Source of the DNA: an uncultured bacterium
GTDB taxonomy: Bacteria; Zixibacteria; MSB-5A5; CAIYYT01
Assembly (NCBI GenBank): GCA_963726455.1
Contig: CAVSCK010000004.1
Location: 288,001-352,000, forward strand
Length of the DNA: 64,000 nucleotides
Direction: 5' to 3'
The position numbers and the translations under genes are program-made. The notes below the pieces were generated by a model. That model worked only from the letters and a program-made list of their open reading frames with translations, was not told where the DNA came from and searched no databases. Positions 1 to 9,027 of the stretch are shown here, piece by piece; position 1 is the first letter of the stretch, and each line of letters opens with the position of its first letter.

Positions 1-688
1 AGATCATGTATATCAAGAGCACAATGGCTATGCCGGAGACAATCGCCGAGAACAGAAACACTATCGGCATCAGCACGCTGCTCCACCATGGATTGGCTTT
101 CACTGAGCCAAAGATAAACCCAACGTATCCATGCAGCAGGAACGCCGAAGGAATACCTATGATCGTAATGACGCGACCAATCTTGTTGTCGAAATCAATA
201 GCGGTGGGCGATATATCAGTGGCGCCGAAAGTTAGCGTGCGATAAACATACTTTATAAAACCGGACTTGGTGCCTGCCCAGGCCACGATGTCGCGGCGAT
301 AATCAAACCAGATTTCCAACAGCAGAACCACCATCAAATACCAGGCATAGACAAATCCAAACATTGCCATCGCCGATTGTGTGTGAGGCGTGAGAAACAT
401 TTCGGCAAAGCGCTCGGGATGTCCGAGATGTGCCAATAGCGGAAGTGGTGCAACCAGCAAGAATGACAACGCGGTCAGAAGCGACAGCCGATATACCGGC
501 TGCAACGCCTTCACGTTGAACACTCGTTCCAGCGATGCAAGAATGAAGGCGCCGGCGACGAGACCGGTGAGATACGGATACACGACGATCAGGATGCTCC
601 AGTGGAGTTCGTACTCGTTGGGATACATGTAACCCGTGACGTTGGGTAGATCGGTCGCCCATCTCGTGATATCGATCATCGAAATCAT
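1..688 (-). CDS. NrfD/PsrC-family membrane anchor (quinol-interacting subunit); 3' end runs off the window
   Basis: Not in the ORF track. Manual translation from ATG 688 (ATGA overlap with the upstream stop) gives MISMIDITRW...YELHWSILIVVYPYLTGLVAGAF...LAHLGHPERF...TPHTQSAMAMFG...LHGYVGFIFGSVKANPWW..., the NrfD pattern with several TM helices. Confidence 0.85.
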   Translation of the reverse strand, partial: MISMIDITRWATDLPNVTGYMYPNEYELHWSILIVVYPYLTGLVAGAFILASLERVFNVKALQPVYRLSLLTALSFLLVAPLPLLAHLGHPERFAEMFLTPHTQSAMAMFGFVYAWYLMVVLLLEIWFDYRRDIVAWAGTKSGFIKYVYRTLTFGATDISPTAIDFDNKIGRVITIIGIPSAFLLHGYVGFIFGSVKANPWWSSVLMPIVFLFSAIVSGIAIVLLIYMI

Positions 689-1473
689 CTTACTTCCTCA
701 TCTGCGCCTGCATAATAAACTTTGGGTCGCGTGTTCAGCCAGGATTTCAGCACCGTAACATCATTGAAGCGCAGGAATCTGCGTAGCGGACTGCTCTGCA
801 AACCGGCTTCACCGAAAATGCGTGCCTGAGTCGGGCATACTTCGACGCAAGCGGGGACTTGACCATTGACTATCCGGTGATAGCAGAATGTGCATTTGTC
901 TGCGACTTTCTTGACCGGGTGCAGATAGCGCGCCCCGTATGGGCAGGCCTGTATGCAATAGCGACAGCCGACGCAATAGGATTGATCGACGAGCACGACT
1001 CCGTCACGTGATTGGAATGTTGCTCCGACGGGGCACACCTGTACGCACGGAGGTTTGGCGCAATGATTGCAAAGCTTGGGAACGAAGAACGTCCTGAGGA
1101 TATCTTTTTCCTTGGCAACTTCCGGGAAACCGTCAATTCCGCCATTGGGGCTGTCGACTTGGGTCTCGCCCTGGTTGGGAACGATGTAGCGCTCGACCCA
1201 GGTGCGGAAGTAGATGGGTTCGCGCGGCACTTCGTTCTCTGTCTTGCAGGCATTGGCGCATCTGCCACAACCGATGCACTTATGAACGTCAACGCCCATC
1301 GCATAATCGTGCTGCGTGGGATCATATTTCGAGGTACTGTCAGCGGGAGCTTCCTCAGCGCCCAGCAATTCGGTCGGCTTGATGAACTTGAAAACAAGTA
1401 GCCATGCCGGGATGGTCTTGACTACCGATTCAAAGAACTCACGGCGAGGCATTTTCGGAGTTTGATCTTCCAT
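685..1473 (-). CDS. 4x[4Fe-4S] electron-transfer subunit (NrfC/PsrB/DmsB family) with a Tat-like signal
   Basis: Four Cys groups: CIGCGRCANAC, CNHCAKPPCVQVCP, CVGCRYCIQACP and CTFC...CVEVCP. N-terminal PRREFF twin-arginine motif. ATG 1473 overlaps the upstream TAA (TAATG). Confidence 0.9.
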   Translation of the reverse strand: MEDQTPKMPRREFFESVVKTIPAWLLVFKFIKPTELLGAEEAPADSTSKYDPTQHDYAMGVDVHKCIGCGRCANACKTENEVPREPIYFRTWVERYIVPNQGETQVDSPNGGIDGFPEVAKEKDILRTFFVPKLCNHCAKPPCVQVCPVGATFQSRDGVVLVDQSYCVGCRYCIQACPYGARYLHPVKKVADKCTFCYHRIVNGQVPACVEVCPTQARIFGEAGLQSSPLRRFLRFNDVTVLKSWLNTRPKVYYAGADEEVR

Positions 1474-2216
1474 TACCTTGCCTCCGGGAAGTGGGGATAA
1501 TGACACTGCCAGCAGACCACATCGCCGCCATGGCTGGCGAGATCGATTCGAGGAATTTCGGACGGCGAATCAGCGCCCTGAGCATGGCACTCGCCGCAAA
1601 GGTCGCGCTTCGTCGGCTTGACGGCGGCAACAGTCCGTGGTTCGAGCAAATGCTGCGGTGGAACAGTATGGCAACGAGTGCAGGGAAGGGCAGCATGTAC
1701 AGACACTGCCTTCTGGTTAACAATGCCTCGATGACACGTGCTGCATTCTTCTGCTTCCGGTTTAAGTTGCGGGCTATGGGAATTGTGACAACTCGTACAT
1801 GCCTTGCCGGGATTATGAGTCTCCGGAATTATTTGCGGAAATCCTGTTGGGCGCGATGGATTATAGGCATGGCACAGTTGGCAGTAGTCACGTCCCTTCG
1901 GTATCGAAGGCAAAGTTTCATCCGGCGCATTGGCGTGTGCCGCTGCCGCTCCGTGACAAGTTTCACAAGCCAGCCCTTTGTGGGAGCCCAGTTGCTTCGT
2001 TTGGAAAATATCATCGTGGCATTCAACACAAACTCGGTAACCGGCATAAACCGGTTTGAGCGCAGCAATCTCATCGACGGCATTTGCCCGGTAGAAACCG
2101 TATTTTCCAAATGAATCGGGCACCAAAAAATGGCGCGCGGAAACTAATGCTAACCCGGCCAGCGCAAAAAGCACGATTGGCGGTATCAGTTGGGAGGGAA
2201 TTTTACGCTGACTCAC
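1473..2216 (-). CDS. Membrane-anchored multiheme cytochrome c with 8 CxxCH motifs
   Basis: CVECH, CETCH, CQLCH, CTSCH, CSTCH, CTRCH, CGECH and CWQCH, plus an N-terminal hydrophobic segment. Confidence 0.92.
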   Translation of the reverse strand: MSQRKIPSQLIPPIVLFALAGLALVSARHFLVPDSFGKYGFYRANAVDEIAALKPVYAGYRVCVECHDDIFQTKQLGSHKGLACETCHGAAAAHANAPDETLPSIPKGRDYCQLCHAYNPSRPTGFPQIIPETHNPGKACTSCHNSHSPQLKPEAEECSTCHRGIVNQKAVSVHAALPCTRCHTVPPQHLLEPRTVAAVKPTKRDLCGECHAQGADSPSEIPRIDLASHGGDVVCWQCHYPHFPEAR

Positions 2217-2383
2217 TTTTCCACTTGCATTCCAGATAAAATCGAGTAGATTATAACAAGTTCACATTGGTCAGGCAAGATAATTTTTTCACAGAGTTGA
2301 AATTTTGAGTTTCTTGCCGGCCCACTTCAAATAGCAAAATAAAGAACTGACGCACTTCATAGATTTTCGAGAGGAGAACCGCC

Positions 2384-2515
2384 ATGAGTATGTGGTTGGT
2401 AGGCGTTCTGGTGTTCTTTGCCGTATCCTTGGTTGCGCTAGTGATTTCGGTGGGGCTATTCGGGTGGGTATTCTGGAGAAACAAAAACAACAGTCAGAGT
2501 ATAGATCCAAGCTAG
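2384..2515 (+). CDS. Small 43-aa single-pass membrane protein
   Basis: GAGGAG RBS at ~2371-2376, then MSMWLVGVLVFFAVSLVALVISVGLFGWVFWRNKNNSQSIDPS*. Below the ORF-track cutoff. Confidence 0.55.
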   Translation: MSMWLVGVLVFFAVSLVALVISVGLFGWVFWRNKNNSQSIDPS

Positions 2516-2729
2516 AATGACAATCCAATTCAGGTAGACCGAAAGCGTAGAAGTCAGCTCAATTCCTTTCATTGAATTTACACGAGTCCCTCTGTGGGAT
2601 TTCCCAAGTCGAACATCATGCGTGCCGAAGTTGATTCGGCAACATGCAGGTAGGAGGTGTTAATCTATTCAAAGTAGGTTAACGAGTCCGGGAGACCCCG
2701 GTCTCTTGGCGACTCTTCTTCTCCCAAAG

Positions 2730-2760
2730 AAAAAGCCCTCGCAAGGTGCGAGGGCTTTTT
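2730..2760. terminator. Bidirectional intrinsic terminator
   Basis: AAAAAGCCCTCGCA-AGG-TGCGAGGGCTTTTT: a perfect stem with A and T tails, between convergent genes. Confidence 0.85.
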
Positions 2761-2779
2761 GCTTGATAGGTGAACTTGT

Positions 2780-4870
2780 TTACTTCATCAGCATCATTTT
2801 TCGAGTCATGCTGAAATTGTCGGTGGTCAAGCGGTAGAAATAGACACCGCTCTGTACATCTCGGCCGCTCTCGTCTTTGCCGCTCCACACCGCCTGTTTT
2901 CTACCTGCGGATTCGAAGCCGTTAACGATGTCGACGACTTTCTGGCCGAGCACGTTGTATACCGTCAGGGTTACATGGCTGGGTGTCGCGAGATTGTACT
3001 CAATGACCGTCTCAGGATTGAACGGGTTGGGATAGTTCTGATTGAGACTAAAGCTGGTCGGCAGACTGCCCTGATTGTCATCCACGCCGGTCGCCTGGTC
3101 AACTATCAGGCGCACGTTGATCGTGTCCATGTCAAAGGTGACGCCGAGCGACTTCGCCGTCGCAGTCTGTTCAATGATAACCTGAGTAGTGTACGTGCCC
3201 ATTCCCAAGCCCGTAATATCGACGTTGAAAGTGACAGTCGAGGGAGAGGTGCCGGTGGTCGCTGACATAGACAACCACGGTGACGTCTCAATGGCTCCCC
3301 AATTGAACTGCATTCCCGACGGAATAGCGTTCGTGATCACAACTTCCTGTCCCGGAGGATTCTGGCCGTTCTCATGGGCGGTGAAGCGCAACGAGTCGGG
3401 AGTCAACAGGATGTCGACCGGGTTCAGTACGGTGAGATTTACCGTAAGAAGTTGAGGCGAGTTGTTGGCCTCAGGAGAAGTGACTGTAACATTGCCGGTG
3501 TATGCGCCGGGGGCCAAGCCGGTAATGTCAACATTGACTGTAAATCCGGACGGAGCCGTGCCGCTGGCGCTTGACAGCGAGAACCACGCAGTTGCTTCAG
3601 CCGCGTTCCACGTCAAGGTGCCGTTGCCGGCGTTGGTGATCACGGTTCCCTTGCCCGCAGGATTGGCGCCGCCGGCATAAGCGCTGAACGTCAGCGTATC
3701 CGGATCAATTTTCATAACCGGGACAGCGGAGGCAATCGTAAACGCGGCCGTGTCGGAACTCGCCAACGCACCCGGATCAGTTGCTGTGAAGATAATGTGT
3801 TCTGTGCCGCTCCAGGAGGGTGACGGCTTGGTGATGGTGGCGACGTGTGCCGGGCTGATTGCGACCGTGAGAGCGACGTTACCGGCATAGGTCCACACCA
3901 ATTCCGCCGGGGTGTTATCCGGGTCGGTTACGTAGCTGTCGAGATTGATCGTGGCAAAATCGGCACCGTAAGCAAGACTCTGATCGGGAATGCCAGAAAC
4001 ATGCGGCGGGTCGTTGACTGGAGTTACGGTGAATCGCGCAGTGTCTGAACCGGTTAATCCGCCCGGATCGGTCGCCGTGAATGTAAAGACGGCGCTGCCG
4101 GAGAATTCACCGGCGGAGTAGCTAATCGTTGCCACTCTGGTCGAGGGCGCAATTACGACGCTGAATCCATTGGGACTGGCAGACGTAGCTCCCCAGACCA
4201 TGGCGCTGGCCGGACTCTCGGCGTCGGTAACGTAATTATCGAGAGTAATCGTGGCGAACGTGCCGTGTTCCGCAACTGTCTGATTCGGAATATCGCTAAC
4301 GACCGGCGCCGTATTGGACGACGGACATTGCGAGCCACCGATAATGACATCGCCGGTTCCACAGTCGGAATAGCCCGGCTCGATCTTGTTGCCGATTACA
4401 GGCGAAAAGATGAACGCGCCGGCAGGGGGAACAAATGCAGAATCAATATCGACGCACTGGTATGCCGCGCCGGGAAGGATCCTCATGTACATGGTGAATA
4501 CCAGACCGTCAGTCTGCGGCGTAACCGGGGTTGAGCCGGAGAAATCGACCCAGCCGATCAGTACCAGGCCACTTGCCGGTACAAACTTCTTCTGCAGCGG
4601 TCCCGCGGCCAATATCGATCCGGCCATGCTGATTGACGTAATCTGTACGGTACTGGAGTTGTAATGGAAACCCAGTGAAAAACCGCCTAAGTCAACGTCG
4701 TTGGTGATGCGGACCGGTATAGCGACCGAGTCACCGACTACAACGGTCGGTTTTATCACCGGACAATCAATTCGCACCGAGTTGGCGGCCGGTAAAGGTG
4801 TTGATCCCAAGGTGATCTCGAATGCGAGGACAAGCATCACGAGCAAAAGGACCTTTGACTGATTTCTCAT
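2780..4870 (-). CDS. Secreted protein: cohesin-like domain, 2 cadherin/Ig-like repeats, 2 BACON-like domains and a C-terminal secretion-tail (T9SS type A/FlgD-Ig-like) domain
   Basis: Start moved to ATG 4870 (GGAGG RBS) with a signal peptide. Cohesin-like GDSVAIPVRITNDVDLGGFSLGFHYNS; repeats NTAPVVSDIPNQT / NDPPHVSGIPDQS; ITNAGNGTLTW (BACON-like); tail LNQNYPNPFNPETVIEY...SGVYFYRL...RKMMLMK. Confidence 0.8.
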   Translation of the reverse strand: MRNQSKVLLLVMLVLAFEITLGSTPLPAANSVRIDCPVIKPTVVVGDSVAIPVRITNDVDLGGFSLGFHYNSSTVQITSISMAGSILAAGPLQKKFVPASGLVLIGWVDFSGSTPVTPQTDGLVFTMYMRILPGAAYQCVDIDSAFVPPAGAFIFSPVIGNKIEPGYSDCGTGDVIIGGSQCPSSNTAPVVSDIPNQTVAEHGTFATITLDNYVTDAESPASAMVWGATSASPNGFSVVIAPSTRVATISYSAGEFSGSAVFTFTATDPGGLTGSDTARFTVTPVNDPPHVSGIPDQSLAYGADFATINLDSYVTDPDNTPAELVWTYAGNVALTVAISPAHVATITKPSPSWSGTEHIIFTATDPGALASSDTAAFTIASAVPVMKIDPDTLTFSAYAGGANPAGKGTVITNAGNGTLTWNAAEATAWFSLSSASGTAPSGFTVNVDITGLAPGAYTGNVTVTSPEANNSPQLLTVNLTVLNPVDILLTPDSLRFTAHENGQNPPGQEVVITNAIPSGMQFNWGAIETSPWLSMSATTGTSPSTVTFNVDITGLGMGTYTTQVIIEQTATAKSLGVTFDMDTINVRLIVDQATGVDDNQGSLPTSFSLNQNYPNPFNPETVIEYNLATPSHVTLTVYNVLGQKVVDIVNGFESAGRKQAVWSGKDESGRDVQSGVYFYRLTTDNFSMTRKMMLMK

Positions 4871-5196
4871 AGGGGAGTACCTCCTAAATGTGTTTGCAAC
4901 CATTCGCTGGCCGTAATAACGCAAATGGCGTGCGCGGACTCTTCGGGGAGTAGTTTTCGGCTGTGGTTTTGTTGCACAGACAACAAGCTGTTCTTGCTCA
5001 ACACGTTCTACCAATCGCGATATAGACGTGCAACATAGGCAGATTGCTTAATGCATTAGTTTAAGGTGAAGAGCTTTGCACTATAGCTGCAAGCGTTGCA
5101 GAAATGGTGGCTTTTGGCTTGCCAAGTCCAAGGGGTTTTGCTATTTATCCGTAACAAACGCTACGAACATAGCCACTGAAAATGAGGATAGAAGAA

Positions 5197-6213
5197 ATGA
5201 AACCGAAGTCCATCGCAGTAATCACGGTAATTATTCTAGTGATTTTTCCATTAATGCTTTCCTGCGGCCAGAAACAGCAGGAAAATCAGGCATCCACGGG
5301 CCAGGCGCAGCAGTCGACGACTACCCCGGGCACGACGCAACAGGCCGCTGGCCAACCAGTATCTGAACCAACGAAACCGGCGCCGACGGCACCGGCAGCT
5401 TTTGGCGGTGTCGAGAAGCGGCTAACCGATACGCTGTTGGCAATGTGGCAGGTAAAGGGTCACCTGACCTCAATCGATCAAGCGGCGAAAATGCTCGGGC
5501 TGACGGTCGACGACAGTGTGCGTATCGACATGATGAAGAAGTTTGAAGAAAATCTGGGCATCTCAGAGAAGCTCACACGTTATCGTCCATACACCTTCAT
5601 TCTGACTAACCAGGAGAAATTGATCGCCCAGTACATCCTCAACGAAGAGAAGCAGAACCGGCAATTCCCGGCGGTGGCGAAAGTGTCGTCTGACCTCAAA
5701 GTCGCCGAGACTGAGCTCAAGAGCCGTCTTAAATTCCTCGCTGCAGTCGGCATGCTTTACGACCTTGGTAAGCCGGACGAGAACAACGGACTGGGTTACA
5801 GTTTTGGTTCATCGCTGAGCAATTTCACTTATGACATGGGCCTGCGGTTTCATGTCTTCTATGTGAACGACCAATTGCCGTTCAATGTCGGCTGTGCCAA
5901 AGAAGCGTTTTACCTTCTAGCCACGGAATTTCGCAACGACAAAGTGAAATACGAGACTGTTGATCCATTGACCCTGGCGCCGATCCAAGTGGATTTCGAT
6001 AAGGGACAAATAGCATCCATTACACCTCCGGAAGCGAAATTCATTGAGGGCGGTACTTGTGGAGCGAACGTTCTCTGCACATCCGCGGAGAATGCCGCTG
6101 CCTGGATCAAGACGCAACCGCGCATGATGCAGCAACAGCCGCCGGTATATGATATTCGCGAGCGCTACAGCCAAATTACGGGGGAAGCAGCAGCACAATC
6201 GGGGGGGAAATAG
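5197..6213 (+). CDS. Lipoprotein with a winged-helix region and an organomercurial lyase (MerB)-like domain
   Basis: Lipobox LMLSC (Cys at 5263) and a Q/T/P-rich linker. The C-terminal part aligns by eye to MerB: GCAKE vs WCALD, ETVDPLTLAPIQV...IASITP vs SSHCAATGAPVSL...IQAVEP, TCGANVLCTSAENAAAW vs FCCHVHFFASVPTAEDW. Confidence 0.65.
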   Translation: MKPKSIAVITVIILVIFPLMLSCGQKQQENQASTGQAQQSTTTPGTTQQAAGQPVSEPTKPAPTAPAAFGGVEKRLTDTLLAMWQVKGHLTSIDQAAKMLGLTVDDSVRIDMMKKFEENLGISEKLTRYRPYTFILTNQEKLIAQYILNEEKQNRQFPAVAKVSSDLKVAETELKSRLKFLAAVGMLYDLGKPDENNGLGYSFGSSLSNFTYDMGLRFHVFYVNDQLPFNVGCAKEAFYLLATEFRNDKVKYETVDPLTLAPIQVDFDKGQIASITPPEAKFIEGGTCGANVLCTSAENAAAWIKTQPRMMQQQPPVYDIRERYSQITGEAAAQSGGK

Positions 6214-6328
6214 TCCGACACTCGCCGGTTGAACCCTACATTCTATCCTTGAAGAGTCAATCGTTGAGCAGTTCGCCGTCGCCATTGCGAACAACTTGCT
6301 CGAAATTTACTCAGAGTCAAAGTTTGCC

Positions 6329-6356
6329 TCAATTCTGCCGGCCTGTCCGTCGATAA
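6329..6356 (+). promoter_or_regulatory. Putative sigma28 (FliA) promoter
   Basis: TCAA-N16-GTCGATAA. The 16-nt spacing matches the promoters before flgN and the flagellin. Confidence 0.5.
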
Positions 6357-6394
6357 AAGGGATAGAAAGGCATATACTTCGGAAGGGAGCAGTC

Positions 6395-6601
6395 TTGCCT
6401 AGAGATCGTCTTGTAACGAAATGCCAGTATGTCGACGTCTGCTATTTGGCGGAAGCCCTGCAATGCTATGGATATAAGCTTGATTGCGTTCTCTACACAA
6501 AATCCAATGACGGCAAAGTCACTGAAGAGGATTTCCACTCAGCGATCAATCGGCTGATCGACAAAACCAAGGCCAAGCACCTGCACTTTCAGGGGATATG
6601 A
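6395..6601 (+). CDS. Small 68-aa Cys-rich hypothetical protein
   Basis: AAGGGAG RBS, then TTG: MPRDRLVTKCQYVDVCYLAEALQCYGYKLDCVLY...HFQGI, with Cx5Cx7Cx6C. It is the 3' part of track ORF 6296..6601. Confidence 0.5.
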   Translation: MPRDRLVTKCQYVDVCYLAEALQCYGYKLDCVLYTKSNDGKVTEEDFHSAINRLIDKTKAKHLHFQGI

Positions 6602-6760
6602 TGGTGCCCTAACATCCCCAGCAACACTGAGAAGAATCATTTCAACAGCGTGGAAAGAATTTCTCTCCCGCCTCGGCTAACCGGTTTCCCGCTACTTATC
6701 TTGAAATCATAACAGCGTACTGCCCAAGTACTTATCACCATTTTCGTTTGCGCTCGTCGA

Positions 6761-6777
6761 TTGGCAACCCTCTTGCA
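6761..6777 (+). promoter_or_regulatory. sigma54 (-24/-12) promoter of the flgF operon
   Basis: TTGGCAACCCTCTTGCA: GG(6763-64)-N10-GC(6775-76), ~25 nt upstream of the flgF ATG. Confidence 0.75.
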
Positions 6778-6801
6778 ATATGCCAACGTCGGAAGTGCTA
6801 T

Positions 6802-7530
6802 ATGATTAAAGGCATTCAGAAAATTGCAACGTCAATGGTTCCGCGCATGCGGCTGCAAGAAGTGGTCGCCAACAACCTCGCCAATGCCGAGACCGCGGGC
6901 TACAAGAAGGATTCCATTTTTCTGCGATATGTCAAGGAGCAGCAGGGCCTCAACAGCAAGCTGGCTCCGTCCTGGGAGACGCGAATGATTGACAAACTTT
7001 ATACCGACTATACCGAAGGATCGCTCGACCGCACCGATCAGCAGCTTGATCTGGCGATTCAGGGCGACGGTTTCTTTGTGGTGCAGACACCAAACGGAGA
7101 AGCGTACACGCGCAACGGTTCGTTCAGTATTTCTCCCTCGGGGCAGCTTGTCAACGCCGACAATTATCCGGTCTTGACCGACGGCGGTCCGCTTACAGTT
7201 CAGGGCGGCACACTCTCCGTCTCCGAAACCGGCCAGGTGTCCGTCGATAACCAGTCGCTGGGAACTTTGCGGGTCGTTGACTTCCCCAAGCCATATCAAT
7301 TGACCAAGGTAAACGGCTCAGTATTCACAGCCCCCACGGGCGTCACTCCGACACAGGCAAGTTCGGTAGTGGTCCGACAGGGATTTCTCGAAAAGTCGAA
7401 TGTTGATGTGCTGAAGGAGATGGTCGAGATGATCGAATCCTATCGCATGTTTGAAACCGGCCAGCGGATGATCCAGATCCAGGATGAATCCCTCGGCAAG
7501 GCCGTGAATGAACTGCCCAGAAAGGTCTAA
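6802..7530 (+). CDS. flgF: Flagellar basal-body rod protein FlgF
   Basis: ANNLANAETAGYK, DLAIQGDGFF, YTRNGSF and QGFLEKSNVD motifs; precedes flgG. Start moved to ATG 6802. Confidence 0.88.
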   Translation: MIKGIQKIATSMVPRMRLQEVVANNLANAETAGYKKDSIFLRYVKEQQGLNSKLAPSWETRMIDKLYTDYTEGSLDRTDQQLDLAIQGDGFFVVQTPNGEAYTRNGSFSISPSGQLVNADNYPVLTDGGPLTVQGGTLSVSETGQVSVDNQSLGTLRVVDFPKPYQLTKVNGSVFTAPTGVTPTQASSVVVRQGFLEKSNVDVLKEMVEMIESYRMFETGQRMIQIQDESLGKAVNELPRKV

Positions 7531-7546
7531 GGGGAGAGGATAGAAT

Positions 7547-8335
7547 ATGATTAGAGCATTACGAACCGCTGCGTCGGGTATGAGCGCGCAGCAAATGAAC
7601 GTCGACAATATCGCGAACAACCTCGCGAACGTGAATACCACGGGTTTCAAGAAAGCGAAAGTTGAATTTCAGGATATCATGTACCAAACCCTGCGCAAGC
7701 CGGGTGTGTTGTCCTCCACCGGAGCTACCACGCCGACAGCGCTTGACATCGGGTATGGAACCAGACCGGTAGCGACGACTCGACAGTATTCGGTCGGCGA
7801 ACTGCAGCAGACCGGCAACCCGCTCGACATTGCCGTTGACGGCGACGGATTTTTCCAGATTGTCCAGCCGGACGGCACCAACGCCTATACGCGCGACGGC
7901 AGTCTCAAGCTGACCGCTGCAGGGCAATTGGCCACGTCGGATGGATTCCTGCTGACACCTGAGATCTCAATTCCTGAAGATGCAGTTTCGATATCGGTTG
8001 CCTTCGACGGCAAAGTTTCGGTAGTGCAGGCCGGCTCCAACACTCCCAACGAAATTGGGCAAATTGAGCTCGCCCGCTTCATCAATCCGGCTGGGCTGTC
8101 GGCAATCGGCCACAATCTGTATCAGGAAACTCCGGCTTCCGGAACGGTCATTACCGGCGTTCCGGGCGAATCGGGATTAGGTAAACTCAACCAGGGCTAC
8201 TTGGAAATGTCCAACGTGGACGTGGTTTCGGAGATGGTCAATATGATCGTTGCGCAGCGCGCGTACGAGATCAACTCCAAGGCCATTCAAACCGCCGATG
8301 ACATGACCTCGCTGGTCAATAACCTGAAGAGATAA
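7547..8335 (+). CDS. flgG: Flagellar distal rod protein FlgG
   Basis: MIRALRTAASGMSAQQ, NNLANVNTTGFKK, MIVAQRAYEINSKAIQTAD. Confidence 0.96.
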   Translation: MIRALRTAASGMSAQQMNVDNIANNLANVNTTGFKKAKVEFQDIMYQTLRKPGVLSSTGATTPTALDIGYGTRPVATTRQYSVGELQQTGNPLDIAVDGDGFFQIVQPDGTNAYTRDGSLKLTAAGQLATSDGFLLTPEISIPEDAVSISVAFDGKVSVVQAGSNTPNEIGQIELARFINPAGLSAIGHNLYQETPASGTVITGVPGESGLGKLNQGYLEMSNVDVVSEMVNMIVAQRAYEINSKAIQTADDMTSLVNNLKR

Positions 8336-8337
8336 TC

Positions 8338-9027
8338 ATGACTAAGACCTTACTCCTCCCATTTATGTTGTTACTCATGCTCCTTCCGGCGGCATCAGCA
8401 GATGCCTCCGGAAGGCTAGCAGTTGACATCGAGCAACAACTGCGGGCAACAATACTGGCAGATGGCAACGAGTACATCATTGCGATCCCCGCATATGTCT
8501 CAACACTTCCATCCGATTACGATTCCATCAGAGTCGAGCCGCTCGGTGATTCCAAGCTGTTCGGAAGTTGCTGGATCAAACTCTATTTCTACCAGAAGGG
8601 CTCGGTCTATCAAACCGCCAATCTGAACCTGCAAATCAACATGTACCAGCAAGTCCTGGTCGCGCGCGAGCCGATCAAAGCAGGGCAGACATTGACTGCA
8701 GGTCAGTTTGATGTCGTTCGTCGCGAGATCACCTCGTTGACCGATCCGGCAGTGACGTCCGCCGGCGAGCTGATCGGGATGTCGGCATCCAGACAACTCC
8801 CCTCAGGGAAGACATTGACCGAATCGTTCCTACGCAAAGAAGAAATTGTCAAGCGGGGCGATCTGGTGACCATCGAATACGGAAACGGGAATATCAAGAT
8901 CACGGCGACCGGCGAAGCCAAAGAACCCGGCAGCCAGGGCGAGATGATCAAAGTCAAGAATATCGCCAGCAACAAAATCATTAGCGCAGTGGTGCAAGAT
9001 GAAAGAACAGTCAAAGTCAGCAAATAG
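8338..9027 (+). CDS. flgA: P-ring assembly chaperone FlgA
   Basis: Signal peptide, SAF-like VLVAREPIKAG, and C-terminal VKRGDLVTI...GEAKEPG..G..IKVKN..SNKII. Lies between flgG and flgH. Confidence 0.88.
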   Translation: MTKTLLLPFMLLLMLLPAASADASGRLAVDIEQQLRATILADGNEYIIAIPAYVSTLPSDYDSIRVEPLGDSKLFGSCWIKLYFYQKGSVYQTANLNLQINMYQQVLVAREPIKAGQTLTAGQFDVVRREITSLTDPAVTSAGELIGMSASRQLPSGKTLTESFLRKEEIVKRGDLVTIEYGNGNIKITATGEAKEPGSQGEMIKVKNIASNKIISAVVQDERTVKVSK

